A DNA stretch of 64,000 nucleotides, taken from the NCBI RefSeq assembly GCF_009914755.1, contig NC_060947.1. One strand, 5' to 3'. Origin of the DNA: the human T2T-CHM13v2.0 reference genome, Homo sapiens. Both the position numbers and the translations under genes were made by a program. Below the pieces are notes generated by a model, which worked only from the letters and a program-made list of their open reading frames with translations, did not search any database and was not told the DNA's origin. Shown piece after piece: positions 26,100 through 40,304 of the stretch; the first letter of the stretch is position 1, and each line of letters opens with the position of its first letter.

Positions 26100-28930
26100 T
26101 TTGATCTATAATTTTACTGTTATCAGGTAAATTGTTCTATAGTATTTTGACCATTTTATATTTATTGGGACTTGTGTAATGATGCTGCAAATGGCCTATG
26201 TTGGTGAACATACCATATTCATTTTATGGAAGGTGTATTCTGCAGTTAGCACAGTATTCTGACAACATCATTTAGGTCAGGATAGTTAGCACAGTTATTC
26301 GGATTCTTTATGTCTTTACTGAATTTTTATTTAAACTGTTCTGTCAATTGAGAAAACTGTGTTAAAAAACTCTTACTATGACTGTGGAAATGTCTATTTT
26401 TCTCTTTAGTTCTGACAATAATATATATGTGTGTACATTAAAGCTCTCTTGTTAGTATATACACACTAAAATTTGTTGTGACTTTCTGGAGAACTGAATC
26501 TTTTTCGTTTTGAAATGTCCCCGTGTCTCTAGTAATGATTTTGGTATTTAAGCCTATTTTATCTGACATCAATATAATTACTCAGCCTTCTTATGCTCAG
26601 TGTTTGTATGGTATATCTTTTTCTATCTATTTACTCCCAACCTATCTCTGTCTTTATACTTAAAACACAATATTTATGGACAACACACAGTTAATTCTTG
26701 CTCTTTTATTTGTTCTGATAACATTTGACTCTTAATTGAAGTATTTAGGCCATTTACAGATAGTAACATCATTTAAATGGTTTGATTCAGGCCTAATATT
26801 TTATTATTTGTTTTAGGTTGGTTTCTTGTGTTTTTTTTATTCATATGTTCCCCCTTTCCTGCTATTTTTTGAATTAGTTAATAATTTTTAGAATTCCATT
26901 TTCATTTGTCAATTGGCTTTTAAGCTACGCTTCTTTGGATTGGATGGTTTTTATTAATCTAAGTGAAAGTTCACTGATTCTTTCCTTTGTCATCTCCACT
27001 GTAAAATTAAGCCCATTCAGCAAAATTTTAATTTTAGGTAGTGCATTTTTTAGTTTTAAAAGTTGCATTTGCTTCATTTATATTGTAAGTATATCTCTTC
27101 TATAATTTTCCATTTTTTCATTCATCTACAATGTATTTTTTTAAACCACACTAAACATAGTTATATACAAATGGTTTAAAGTCCTTACTGGGGGAACCAG
27201 CCCCCAGTATTTCAACGTAGGTTCTTTTCTATTTTCTCTAAGTGTCAGCTGGTCTGAGAAATAAAGAGAAAGAGTACAAAAGAAAGAAATTTTACAGCTG
27301 GGTCTCCGGGGGTGACATCACATGTTGGCAGATTCCGTGATGCCCTAAGCTGCAAAATCAGCAAGTTTTTATTAGCGATTTTCAAAGGGGAGGGAGTGTA
27401 CGAATAGGGTGTGGGTCACAGAGATCACATGCTTCAAAGGCAATAAAATATCACAAGGCAAATGGGGGCAGAGCAAGATCACAAGGCCAGGGTGAAATTA
27501 GAATTACTAATGAGGTTCCATGTCCCGTTGTGCACGCATTGTCATTGATAAACATCTTAACAGGAAACAGGGTTCAGGAGCAGAGAACCGGTCTGACTAG
27601 AATTCGCCAGGCTGGAATTTCCTAATCCTAGCAAGCCTGGGGGCACTGCAGGAGACCAGGGTATATTTTATCCCTTATCTTCAACTGCATAAGACAGACA
27701 CTCCCAGAGCAGCCACTTCAGAGGCCTCCCCCTTGGGAATACATTCTTTTCCCAGGGCTGTTCCTTGCTGAGAAAAAGAATTCAGTGATATTTCTCCTAT
27801 TCGCTTTCTGAAAGAAGAGAAATATGACTCTGTTCTGCCCAGCCTCACAGGCAGTCAGACTTCATGGTTATCTCCCTTGTTCCCTGAAAATCACTGTTAT
27901 CCTGTTCTTTTAGGATGCCCAGATTTCATATTGTTCAAACACACACATCTTTTACAAACAATTTGTACAGATAATGCAGTCATCACAGGGTCCTGAGGTG
28001 ACATACATCCTCCGCTTATGAAGATGACAGGATTAAGACATTAAAGTAAAGACAGGCATAGGAAATTATAAGAGTATTGATTGGGGAAGTGATAAATGTC
28101 CATGAAATCTTCACAATTTATGTTCAAAGACTGCAGTAAAGACAGGCGTAAGAAATTATTAAAGTATTAATCTGGGGAACTAATAAATGTCCATGAAATC
28201 TTCACAATTTATGTTCTTCTGCCATGGTTTCAGCTGGTCCCTCCGTTCAGGGTCCCTGACTTCCTGCAACAAGTCCTAACCTGATAATTCCAACATCCAG
28301 GTTATCTCAGGATTGGCATCTGCTGGTTGTGTTTTCTTTGAGATGGGGTTGCATTGTCCTAGCTTTTATTTTGAATATTATGTTTTGAAGATTCTGGATT
28401 TTGTTATATTATTCCTATGACTGTTGATGTTTTTGTTTTAGCAGGCAAAATGTGGTTAGATTCAGGCTGAAAACTGTCATACCAGTTGTAAGCAATAGCC
28501 CAGAACTAAGTTCAGTTTCTTAGGCCTTAGCTACAAGCTGATTTCAGCTTTCCCCAGGCATGTAGGATTCAGATGTAAACCAGAGACTCAGGCTGATTTT
28601 AGACACAGAATATTGGGGTTTCTTTTCTTTCCTAGATTACCCTGTCATTCTTTGTCAATCTTTATTCCACAGGTTCCTTCACCTGAATATTTTAGCCCCC
28701 CAAATATGGCTTTTGTCCCATAGCACCAACCAGAACAATTCTGGCTGCTCTCAGTGTAAAGTTGCAAAAAAATGCAATTCCATTGGAACACTTGGTACAA
28801 GTTTCTACTCCCCAGGAATATCTACCTACATTTGTCCAGGCTGAAAAACACTCAAGTAGTTTTTTCAATATACTTTTTATAGAATGCATAGCTGTTGCAT
28901 GCTGGGAGATCAGGTAATTAAGCTCCCATT
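26100..28930 (-). mobile_element. old L1M fragments hosting MER11
   Basis: Antisense L1-like text (tgttaaaaaactcttactatgactgtggaaatgtctatttt; tctgacatcaatataattactcagccttc) on both sides of the LTR. Confidence 0.55.
27186..28271 (-). mobile_element. MER11 solo LTR (HERV-K HML-8)
   Basis: Sense start tgttgcaggaagtcagggaccctgaacggaggg, end ggttcccccagta; 1086 bp; perfect 6-bp TSD AGTCCT (27180-85, 28272-77). Confidence 0.95.
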
Positions 28931-31747
28931 CCTTCTTTAAGAGAAACAGAACTTCTCTCAAAGCATAATGAATCATAAAGACCAAAAGGAAAGAAGTAAA
29001 CATTTATACCAGACAAATATAATCAACTAAGAATAGTACAATTAAAATAATAACAAACAGAATAAATATTAAATAAATATTATTATGCATAAAGCCATCC
29101 ACTACCAAGGGATAAAAATATTATTTAGAATACTGATGTGCTTACCAGAGCTTCAAAATACTTAAAACAAAATGGATAGAACTACAATGAGGAATTGAGA
29201 AAATCACACTTACATTAGTGAACTTTCTGTAACTGATAAATACATCACACTAAATATTATGAAGATATAGAAAGTTTAAACTATGCTATTAATAAGGTTG
29301 AGTTCATGAGATATTATACATATTGACTTCAGTTATTTACTTTCTGGAATAAAATCTGTGTATGATGAATGACTGCATATACATTTTTATTTTCTCTACT
29401 TCTTCATCATCCATATGTACATACATTGTTCTTAAACTTTTAGAAACAATTGAATTTCTGTGGGAAAAAGGCACCAAACATTAAAAGGATATTTAAGTTA
29501 AATATGTTCAAAAAGATTTTTTAATATCTAGAATTATGTGTGATGTGGATTTAAATAACAAACAAACAAAAAACACACCCTTTTCCCCTTTTTGATCAAT
29601 GATGTGAAAACCTCAAGAACTAAGAGTACATTTGTAACATAGACATCTGAGCTTCATGCAAACATTAATGAAAATAGCGTTTGGCATTTAACTCCTGTAA
29701 ATAAAGCTGCTGAATAGAACTACTTCAGTGATCAATATTGTCTAATTCAGAACTAGAAGCCTTTGTAATTGCAAAGACAAGGGAAAAATAAATCAATCAA
29801 AAAAAGGTTCTAACTTTGTTAGGTTTCTCAACTTAAAAAAATGCTATTTATTCTCTCAGTTCCTATTCTCCACTAGTGCCTGTAATGTAGTGAAACAAAT
29901 ACATTTTAAGAACGACAGTATGCCCATCCTACAATAGAGGTATCTGATCCATTAGGGATGTCTGTCAAAACAGGATATGGCTTTGTGCAAATACTTCTCA
30001 AAAGTGATGTCAAATCACATTGATATGTAATTTGTTACTGTTATGTAATTAGTACAGTAATGGTTTATTTCTCTATTTATAACTTAGACCAGTTTCACAT
30101 AATCTCTAGAATGGTGGCATTTGCATTCATGAGTACTCTGATATGTTTTGAATGGGAAGGAAAATGAAAGTTATACATTGTGGTTTGAGAATTCACTATA
30201 ACCAGCTACATTCTATAGCTTAACATGAACTCTTTATATATTTTTAAAAGACTGCTGGATATTATCAGTTGCTAACCACCATGTAAAACTATCGTTTTCC
30301 CTCCTACTTAAAAAATCAGAGCTTTGTAACTGGTGTATTATGAATAGTTGCTACTATGAATCATAGAGGTCATTCATTTCCCCACAAAATTGGGGGAGTA
30401 TCATACATATTTTGGAATACAGATTGGAATAAGTCTACTGTCAGGTGACTTCTCAGTGCTTTGTAAGAAATGTGTCTTTTATTCATGGCTGATTTTAGAA
30501 CCATTTGTTTTTCTTTGCTCTATTATAATTTCACTATGATGCACCTAAGTATGTAGTTTTTTTTTCTGGGGCTGTCTGTGCTTCTTGAATTTGAGGTTGC
30601 ATGCATTCCATCATTATGGAAAATTTTTCTCATCTCTTTGAAAACGCCTCTACTTCAATCATTCCATTCTCTTCAAGATTTCTTACAAGAGGTATGGTAT
30701 ATTAGACTTTCTCACTGTGTTCTTCTTGACTCCTAAACCTTGCTTTCTTATAGTTGATATCTTTATTAGGCTGTGTTGCATTCTATACTCAATTCTATCT
30801 TTACCCTTGGCTACTCTGCTATTTAACCCATCAATTGAGGTTTTCTATATCAAAGACTGCATTTTCATTTATAAATGTTTACTCTTGTTTTGGTCAAATT
30901 GGCCTATATTTAATTAAGTATCTAATTTTTTCTTACACTTTTAATTCTTTCTTTTATGTAGTTTTCCATTTAAAATATTTATTTTTTTATAGTCATTCTC
31001 AGATTGTTCTTTTATTGCCTCAGATTCTGAGCAGACACAAGAACGAAGAGAAACATTATCAAGCATTTGTGGTGATTGGGTTATTTCATGCTGTGTGATT
31101 TGAAAAAGTTAACTCATCTTAAATGTGGTCCTATGAGAACCCCTTGTCACCTTGGTCATGGGAATATCCCTCCAAAGTGGCTTTGCATTTCACTTATATC
31201 ATGTACCCTAGACTACCACTGGCTCAGAATCAAATTTAAGTCAATTTCTTGCATGGCTGGGCCATATAAGAACTACTGCTATTTTTGCTCTAACTCCAAG
31301 TAAGGAATGGGCCAAGGCCCTGAATTCGAATGGAAAGCTTTCCTTTAATGTAGAGCAATAAGCTCCCTTGTTATTTCCTGTGGCCAATGGATAGATTTTA
31401 TTGAGTTTCCCATTTTACCCAAAGTATAAACTTTGAGGGTCCCATCTTCATGTAGGAATCCCATTTCCAGTTCCCACTTGCATAGTCCCAAGGCCTTGAA
31501 TTCTTCCTTTACATGTTTTTTTTTTTTTATGATCAAGTAGCTTCATCATCCAGTAACCTCCAAATCTTTCCTTCCCTTCTGTTTTTTTTTTGAACCGACC
31601 ATGAGTAAACTCATTGCTTACTGCTCTGACTTTCCATTCTCCTCCTCCTCTTTCTTCTCCACACCCTTTTCTTGGTCTTCTTCTTCATACTCTTTGCATG
31701 TAGCATTTTATTTTTCTTTCTTGTAAAGTCTGCTGTAAGTTTTTAAA

Positions 31748-32040
31748 ATAATATATTTTATAAATTTTATTTTATTTTTCAATTGACAAATAATAATTGT
31801 AGATATTCATCAGGTACATAGCGATGTTTCAATACATATAATGTATAATGATCAGATCAAGGTAATTAGCATATTCATTATCTCAAACATTTATTATTTC
31901 TTTGTGTTCAAAACAATTCAATATCTTCATTCTAGCTATTGAAACTTATAATATATTGTTGTTCACTATAGTCATCCTATAGTGGTATAGGACACTATAA
32001 CTTATTCCTCCTATCTGGCTGTAATTCTGTATCCTTTAAC
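31748..32040 (-). mobile_element. 5'-truncated L1MA 3' end with TSD
   Basis: gatcagatcaaggtaattagcatattc...; flanking repeat aaagtctgctgtaagtttttaaa (31725) / aaagtctactgtaagttttttaaa (32041). Confidence 0.85.
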
Positions 32041-32244
32041 AAAGTCTACTGTAAGTTTTTTAAACAATACTTTAGCATTTAAAAAATGTTTGTAGAGTAT
32101 GGTTTCCAGATTAATTTAGATGACCACATTGACACTATCAGAAATCCCTGTTGAAGTTATCCAGTTTTCACAGGGTAGATTAGGATTTACTTTATAACTC
32201 TCACAGAATGTTTAAACTGGAAAGAAATTAGTTAATAATCTATT

Positions 32245-32447
32245 CCAGAAATTCCAAGGCTGTAAGTTTCTAGGAGTCAGAAAAGACACAAAAATGTGTA
32301 AAATGTCTGGATGCAAGACAATAAGAAGTGGTGGGACCTTGTTGTACATCTGGAAAGGGTTTGACCCACCTAAGAGCATTTAAAAACATCTAACACTAAT
32401 CTGGATAAACTAATCTGGACAAACAGAATACTGTTTGCAGCCTCTGA
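32245..32447. mobile_element. MER102-like hAT element within a MIR remnant
   Basis: aagacaataagaagtggtggg...cctaagagcatt...gtttgcagcctctg. Confidence 0.5.
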
Positions 32448-32784
32448 TTATATACTAACTCCCTTATTCTATATATGATGAAATTGAGAACAGAATATGT
32501 CTTGCTTAATTAGCACAGCTGATGACTTGAGGCCCCTTTCCAACAGTCATGACTACCATAAACTTATGAAACAACTAGAAAATCTTGCAAACTTTATAAC
32601 AAAATTTGATTGTTTGGTACGACTATATAGTATAGGAGCTCAGGAAAGTGACAGATAAAATACTAAACTTTTCAGTATTATCATCCTCTGTTCTCAAATA
32701 TTGGACCATAAAATCCTCTTTAAGCTGCAAAATGGTATTTTATTTCTTATAAAATGATCACTAATTAGCTTAACTTGATTATAG

Positions 32785-33150
32785 ATGATGCTTAGCAAAG
32801 ATGTGACCGTGAATAAATATTCCATTACCCAAAACAGGTAAGACCTAGAAGTCTCATTTCTTTTGTCAAATAAAGCCCAACCAAGAATCTCAATGTGAAG
32901 CAAAGCACATACTTAATCTTGACTTCTGAGATACAGACTGTGGGCTTCAGCACAAAGATGGAGGAAGATGTATCAAGAGCGGACAGAGCATTGCTCAGAT
33001 GTTATCAGCTGCCTTTCCTGCAGAATGTTGCCACTCTTGATCAAGCATTTCATTAGAAGAGCATCAATGAGTCCAGAGAAACTTCTGAAGGATGCTTTTT
33101 CTCCAATGAATGCAAACATTGTACAAGAGGATTTTCCAAGAAAAGAATAA
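32785..33150 (+). other. candidate two-exon small ORF (32785-32837 + 32937-33150, 88 aa)
   Basis: Donor CAG|gtaaga, 99-nt intron, weak acceptor gatacag|; the splice extends the 60-aa ORF in frame. Confidence 0.2.
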
Positions 33151-34915
33151 TTCATTGCTTATCTATGAACCTAAACAGTTACAAAAAATTATTTATCTTA
33201 TTTTTTCCTCAGAAAAATGTTCTGAAGTTGTAATAATTATAAATCTATTTTTTATATGAAGATACTGAGGGCCATACAAAGTATATAATTTTTTATGAAT
33301 TCACATGATCAGAAAGTAGCAGAACCAATACTCTAATTCAGATATTATGGTTACAAATCATGCTTTTTTATATTCCTACATGCTACCATCATACATATCA
33401 ATTTACCAGATAAGCAAGATCAAAATTGAACGTTACTGTGTTGTTCTTGTTAAAATGAATGTTTCCTATCTCATATATGCTAAGATTAATTTGACAAATG
33501 TGTTCCATTGGCTCATAAATAAGTTTGTTTTTTATTGTACATACTACATTGTTCAAACTTGATTCAGGTGGCTGAGTTTTTGTTTTTGCTTTTAACTTTT
33601 TGGAAAGAACAATCTGGAATTTCTGGTGGATCTTTTTGTTAGAGAACAATTAAAGATAATATAAAATATTTTCATTTAATGAGAAAAAATAGAAAGTTAT
33701 GTGGACAATGGAGAAATAGCCCAGGCTTAATGTAAGGAAATTGTCCTTGATAAATATCAGCTTAAGAAGCTGTGAGGGCCTATGTACTGGGAAGAAATGA
33801 GAACTTAGGCTAAAAGCTTCACAAATTACAGTCTTAAAACTGGATCAAATTTACCTCCACCAAACAACTTCCCTAACTGATATGAATGCTGATCACATTT
33901 TCACTTTGTGATCTCTCAGGACGTAGGCCACATGTATTCATTAGCACTTGTTGATCTGCTTTGAATCAAATATTTACTGAGCCAGGTTCTACGTTTGAGG
34001 CTTCAGGGAGCTATAAAGGGGAATAAAGCAGTATCAGTCTTCCAATGCTTACAATCTAATGAAGGACAAGCCAAATTCACAAATTACTACATGGTAGACT
34101 ATTTATTTTGCATTTTCAAAAAGGCATCAAGAAAGAGTGTGGGCTTAAGATTAGGAAAGTGTCATTTGCAGGGGACATGAAATTAGTTTGCTCTCAGAAT
34201 CGATCAATATTTCTAATTAGTTCTGATGTGTGTATAAAATTTGGATTCCATTTTCACTAACCTACGAAGGAGTTTTAGATGACTGATTTGCAAATATGCC
34301 TTTAAATATTTATATTTACTTTCCCCTATAGATCATAATATTCTAAAGTTGTGAACCCTTTTCTTTTGTATCTGCACAAACACATATGTGTACATGCACA
34401 TCATCTCCTGCTGTGTACTATATTTTGCTTGCAGTGAGTGTACAAAGTAGATGTTTGAATAACCTATGGCACAGTAGGAAACCCTCACAAGAACATGAAG
34501 AGAGGTGCGATGGGATAAAAAGAAACTAATTTTAGTGTTGGTCATTTCGTTATGCTGTAGTACCAGGCATAAGGGCAAAGAGGGTCAGAAAGATAGTTAT
34601 AACCAAGTAATTTGATAACCAGAACATGAACAGAGTCTACAAGCCTAGTGACAGGGAGAAGGGCTTGGGAAATGATAAAGCAGTGGCAATAGACTGAGTT
34701 ATGCTTTGAATGTGTAGAAAGGAGTAGAAAATGATCCTGACATGGCATGCTTGATTTCAGAAGAAACGACTTTGGCTGTCCCAGAGAAAAAGACATAAGA
34801 CACAGAAAAAATCAGTTTAATTTTCACTCTTTTGCTTTTGATTAGAAGAATTGTAGTAATTAGATAGGTTTGAAACTGGGAAGAAAATCAGTGAAACCAG
34901 TTATGGTAACACTGA

Positions 34916-35225
34916 TTTTTTTTTTTTTTTTTTTTTTTTTTGAGACAGGGTCTTGCTCTCGCCTAGGCTGGAGCGCAGTGGAGTGGATTCTGGGCTCACT
35001 GCAACCTCCGCCTACCCAGCTCAAGCGAGCGAGCCTCCCACCTCTGCTTCCTGAGTAGCTGGGACTACAGACTTATGCCACCACACCTGGCTAATTTTTG
35101 TGCTTTTCTAGAGATGGAGTTTCACCATGTTACCCAGGCTGGTTTTGAACTCTTGGGCTCAAGCAATCCGCCTGCCTCTGCGTCCCAAAGTGCTGGGATA
35201 ACAGGCGTGAGCCACCGTACCCAAC
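34916..35225 (-). mobile_element. AluJb
   Basis: Long poly(T) then reverse Alu; flanking aacactga repeated as TSD. Confidence 0.95.
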
Positions 35226-36259
35226 AACACTGAATATTTTTAAAGTGGAGATGTTTCACTTCATTCATACACTCACTTATTAAATATAAATTTATTCAAT
35301 ACTCATTTTTCAGGGACTATTCTAAACACGGAGGGTGCAAAGATGAGTAATATATATTCTGTATCTCAAGGGGTTCTAAAAGATTTTGATCAGGACACAG
35401 CCAAATGCTTTGTTTTTCTACTACTGATTTACGTGTTTAGATACAACCAGAGAAATATAAAGAAAACAATATTAATTAGTTGCCTGTGTAGTAAAAGAAT
35501 TCACGGTAAGTAGTTTAATAAGACACAGAAAAGTCCCATTTAATGGAAGGACCCTGCTCTCACTTGGGTTTTGATAGGTTAGGGGCAAATCACATACATT
35601 TACATGGGCAAAGTGGGATATAATAGTCCAGATCACAGGAAGTGGGCTAGTTGGTTTCTTGGTCTGAGCACAGTAAAGGGATTCCACTGTAAAACCAAGG
35701 CTTTGCCTTATAACCCTTGATGCTGAAAACAAGGAAACATCACAAGTGAATACTGAGGCTCCAAGCTCAGGCTGAGGCTGCAATATCCATTTCCTTAAGT
35801 ATAAGTCAAAGTGGTAGCTCTGATTTTTAGACTTCAGACAGTTTTTGTGTGGTTTTGCAGTAATAATCTATTTCTCATACCCTAAGATGAAGCAATGTAA
35901 TGTGAATCTCCTTCACAATTTATTTTTAAGATGACATTCACTACTAAACTATCAGTTTAAATTCTTGTTCGTGGTAAAACTAGGAGACTTACTATTTTCT
36001 TAAGCAGTTTTCATTGCTGGAATTTAATGTGGCAATATAATTCCTGAATGGCTCAATGATATCATGTAAGCCTTCTGCTAAGTGAAGAATGTGAAATGCT
36101 GAATGAAAGCTTTCTACAAGCAAAATGATTTGAAAGATAAATTCACCTTAAAGACGAAAATGTGTTCTAGCTAAGTAGAAAGACAATTGTCTTCTCATCA
36201 GGCTCATATCCTATTATTTTTATTTAAAAATGAAGCATTACAATATTATTAATTTGCTG

Positions 36260-37720
36260 CTTTAGTGATAATGAACATTTGTGGACAAGATTTTGGGGGG
36301 CATTCACTTTCATTTCTCTTAGATATATACCTAAGAATGGAAGTGCTGGGTCATATGGTAACTTTATATTTAACTTTTTTGTTTTTTATTGAGGTTAAAC
36401 TCAATTAAATAAAATTCATCATTTCAATAACTTTAAAGTATACAATTAATCAGCTTCCAGTGCATTCACAATATGGGGCAACCAATAACCATATATAATT
36501 CCTGGACATTTTTATCACTGTAAAATGATATCCTATACCCATTAAGCAATCATTCTCCATTTCTCTCTGCCCCTATTCCCTAGAAACAACCAATCTGATT
36601 TCCATCTCTATGGAGTGGCCTATTCTGGACATTTATATAAACGGAATCATACAATATACGGCTTTTAGTGCCTGGCTTATTCTACTTAGCAAGTTGTTTT
36701 CTAGGTCCCTCCATGTTGTAGCATGAATCAGTACTTTACTCCTCTGAATGGTAAAATAATAAATTCCATTGTATGGATATATCACATTAATGGATTAATA
36801 TTTATGAAGCCATTGATAGACATTTGTATTGATTCTACTTTTTGGTTATATGTGAATAATGCTGCTATAAACATTTATATACAAGTTATTCAAACACTAG
36901 TTTTAAATTCTTTTAGGCATATACTGAGGAATGGGATTGCTAACTTATATGGAATTATGTTTAAAATTTGGGGAAATTGCTACACTGTTTTCTGCAGTGG
37001 CTGCATGACTTTAACCATGCAACATTGTATGAGGGTTCCAGTTTCTTCACATCCTTACCGCCACTTGTTATTTTCTCTGTTTCATAGTACCCATTCTAAT
37101 GAGTATCATATTGTGTTTTAATTTGCATTTCCCTAACAATTAGTGATATTGGACTTTTTGTGCTTTTTTTTTTTTTTTTTTTGACAGGGTCTCACTCAGT
37201 CACACAGGCTAGAGTGCAGTGGCATGATCACAGCTCACTGCAGCCTTGACCTCCCAGGCTCAAATTATCCTCCCAGTTCAGCCTCCTGAGTAGCTGCGAC
37301 TTCAGGCGCATGCTACCACAACTGACTAATTTATTTTGTATTTTTTGTAGAGATGGAGTTTTGTCATGTTGCCCAGGCTGGTCTTGAACTCCTGGGCTCA
37401 AGACATTTGCCCGCCTTGGCCTCTCAAATTGTTGAGATTACAGGCGTGAGCCACGATGCCCAGCTGAACTATTTTTCATGTACTTATTAACTATCTGTAT
37501 TTTTTCTTTGAAGAAATGTTTATTGAAACCCTTTGATTTTTTTTAACCGGATTGTTTATTTATTGTCATTGTTTGGCTTGTTCTTTATATATTTCAGACA
37601 CTAAACATTTATCAGACATATGATTTGCAAATATTTTCTCCCTTTCTGTGGGTTGCCTTTTTTACTCTTTTGATTGTGTCTCTTCATGCACAGAAATTTT
37701 GTATTTTGGTATAAACTAAT
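36260..37720 (-). mobile_element. L1MB 3' region (two pieces) hosting an AluJ
   Basis: cctattctggacatttatataaacggaatcatacaata; tttgcaaatattttctccc. Confidence 0.85.
37164..37465 (-). mobile_element. AluJ
   Basis: Poly(T) then reverse Alu with gatcacagctcactgcagcc and cctgggctcaag. Confidence 0.95.
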
Positions 37721-38795
37721 TTATCTGTTTATTCTGTTGTTGCCTCTCCTTTTGGTGTCATATTCAAATAGATTAATCCTCTTTTTTAACGTAGGAATTT
37801 ATAGCTTTAAATGTATCTCTCAGTACTGTTTTTACTGTATTCCACAAGTTTTAATATGCTTTCATTTTAAATCATCTCAAAGTATTTTCTAATTTCCTTC
37901 ATGGTTTCTTCATTGACCCATTAGTTAAGAGTGCAGTCTTAAATTACACATATTTGTGAATTTTCCAAACTTTCTATTACTACTATTGTCTAGTTTTATT
38001 CCATTTTGGTCAAATAAGATATTTCATATGATTTCAAGCTTTTAAAATTTAATGAAAATTATTCTGTGGTCTGACATCTCTGGGAGATCGTTTTATGTGC
38101 ATTTGAGAAGAATGTGTATTTTGTTGTTGTTGAGTAGAATCTCCTATATAGATATGACATTCACATTTCCTTCTAGATTCCCAATAAATGTTATCTTTTC
38201 AAAGCCCCTATGGACATCTCACTCCCCAGGATTTCCTTTTAAGGATTTTGGCTACTCTTTTTGGCCCCACCTGATATGCACCTTAAGCATCTGTGAATTT
38301 AAATATTTTTCTCTAAATGTTTTTGACAATCACCCCAGGAAAAAGGCTCTTTTGCTGGGCCAGCTTCAAGTGCAGTCAAATAAAGACAGCCTAGCAAACG
38401 GTGTCTTCCAGTGAATCACAAGACAAGTAAATAATCACAAGACAATTTTCTGGGACTAAGGTTTTGAAAAGAGCTCCAACTTTGTTCTGTCCCCTCTTAA
38501 TGGCTGCCAGACTGCTGGTTTTCACCACGATTGTGGGTTGTTGTTTTTCAAAGCTCTTGCAGACCTCAATGGAGAAGTGTAGGAATTGAGCCAGTTAAAA
38601 AGCCACAAAGCTCACTCTTTGTACTTACTTTCTAAAATAAGTGCTCCCTGGGTTGCTGCAAGCTTTTAGTTAATTTCCAGCTTCCTGAATGTTGATTTAG
38701 ACAATTTTTGCCATTGTTATTGTTGATTTTCAGATGTTCTCACTCTGCGATCTTCACTGATGTATTTTAGATTTTAGCACTTACTTGACTGATTA

Positions 38796-39117
38796 CAGTT
38801 GACCCTTGAACAACACGAGTTTGAACTTATATGTGAATTTTCTTCTGCCTCTGCCACCCCTGAGACAGCAAAACCAACCCCTCTTCTTCCTTCTCCTCTG
38901 CCTACTCAACATAAAGACAATGAGCACGAATATCTTTATGATGACCCACTTTCAGTTAATGAATAGTAAACATATTTTTTCTTTCTTATGACTGGCCTAA
39001 AAACATTTTTTTCTCTAGCTTACTTTACTGTAAGAATCCAGTACACAATACATGTAACATACAAAATATGTGTTAATCAACTGTTTATGTAATCAGTAAG
39101 ACTTTCAAACAATAGTG
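38796..39117 (+). mobile_element. Tigger2a (MER28), right end missing
   Basis: ta|cagttgacccttgaacaacacgagtttgaac left TIR; ctctgccacccctgagacagca; acatacaaaatatgtgttaatc. Confidence 0.85.
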
Positions 39118-40304
39118 AGAGCTCTTTTCTGGGTAGCTCTCTTTTCGCAGAACTCGGCCCAATATGTTCCGGCCCAATATGTTCCAGCCCCCTCAGCTTC
39201 CCTAATTTCCATCTCAATTCTGGGAAACCACCCTGTTCTGGATGGGCTGCCCCTACTACTTTCTGTTGTGAAATGTGCCTACACACAGAAAGCCAGTAGT
39301 AATCACAGGGCTCACCTCACTTATTTTCCTTGTGTTGCCTGTTGTCCAATGTGTGAAAACAGTTATTTCATAAATTTGGTGCAATTTTCTAGTTAGTTTC
39401 AGTGGGAAGATAAAACCCATCTCTGATATTTCATCATATCCAAAAATAAAAAAATACATGTTATTTACTTTTCGATTGCCCGCAGCACATTTCTAGTGTT
39501 GTGGTGAGTGCTAAATAAATGTGCAAATATTGAGATCATTGCAGACATCCAGGACTTATCCTTTAATTTCAATATAATTATGCCTCAGCTCTAACCTCAG
39601 ATGTAAACGGATCATTAATTTGGCAAGTGATCATTTCTTAGATTGAATTTCCTGTCTTGGCATTAAAATTTATATATTGTGAAAGTGCAAATTATATCTG
39701 AATGATCAAGTAGTATCAAGAAAGGCCATTTTAACTCTGAGATTTTCCTTGGGGAGACATGGGTTACTCAAATATGTGTTCCCACTCACTTGCTTTTATC
39801 TCACAATTGCTTATTTCTCATCAATAAAAATTTCCTTTTCTACATTTTAGTAAGATAAAATCTTGATTAACCACAACCTAACTAAGCCTGTAATTGATGT
39901 ATTTTTCTATGGTCCTGTCTTTCTGTTTTATTTGTTCAAAGGAAACTAACAGCAAGAAACAATTTGCTGTATTCATTCAAAAGTAATGAGGGAAAATGGA
40001 GAATTATGATAGTTTCTCTAGAATACTTAACTTACTGCTTTACAAAGTACTACAAATGGTAGTAAAAAGAGAATGGTGAATCACATGCATACTCTCAGCT
40101 TCCATCCTAACATGATACAAAGCCCTGCACAGCTTATATCCCCTTCCACATACACTCTTCTGGCTACCCTTGAATAAATTGTTTTCTGTTCTATATTGCC
40201 TTTGAACTACTTTTGAAGAGATGCTTCTTTTTGACATACTTTATGAGGGAAATGAGGAGAAGAAAAGACAGAGACTGACTTTGTGGGGTCTCGTGTTCTC
40301 TAAA

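Noticed and set aside
28045-28216. ~90-bp direct repeat (aaagacaggc...tcacaatttatgttc)
   Set aside because: Intrinsic feature of the MER11 consensus; not CRISPR-like or locus-specific.
39155-39185. 15-bp tandem duplication cggcccaatatgttc x2 (similar small duplications at ~19686, ~32395, ~38415)
   Set aside because: Two-copy slippage duplications inside decayed repeats; no array or spacer structure.
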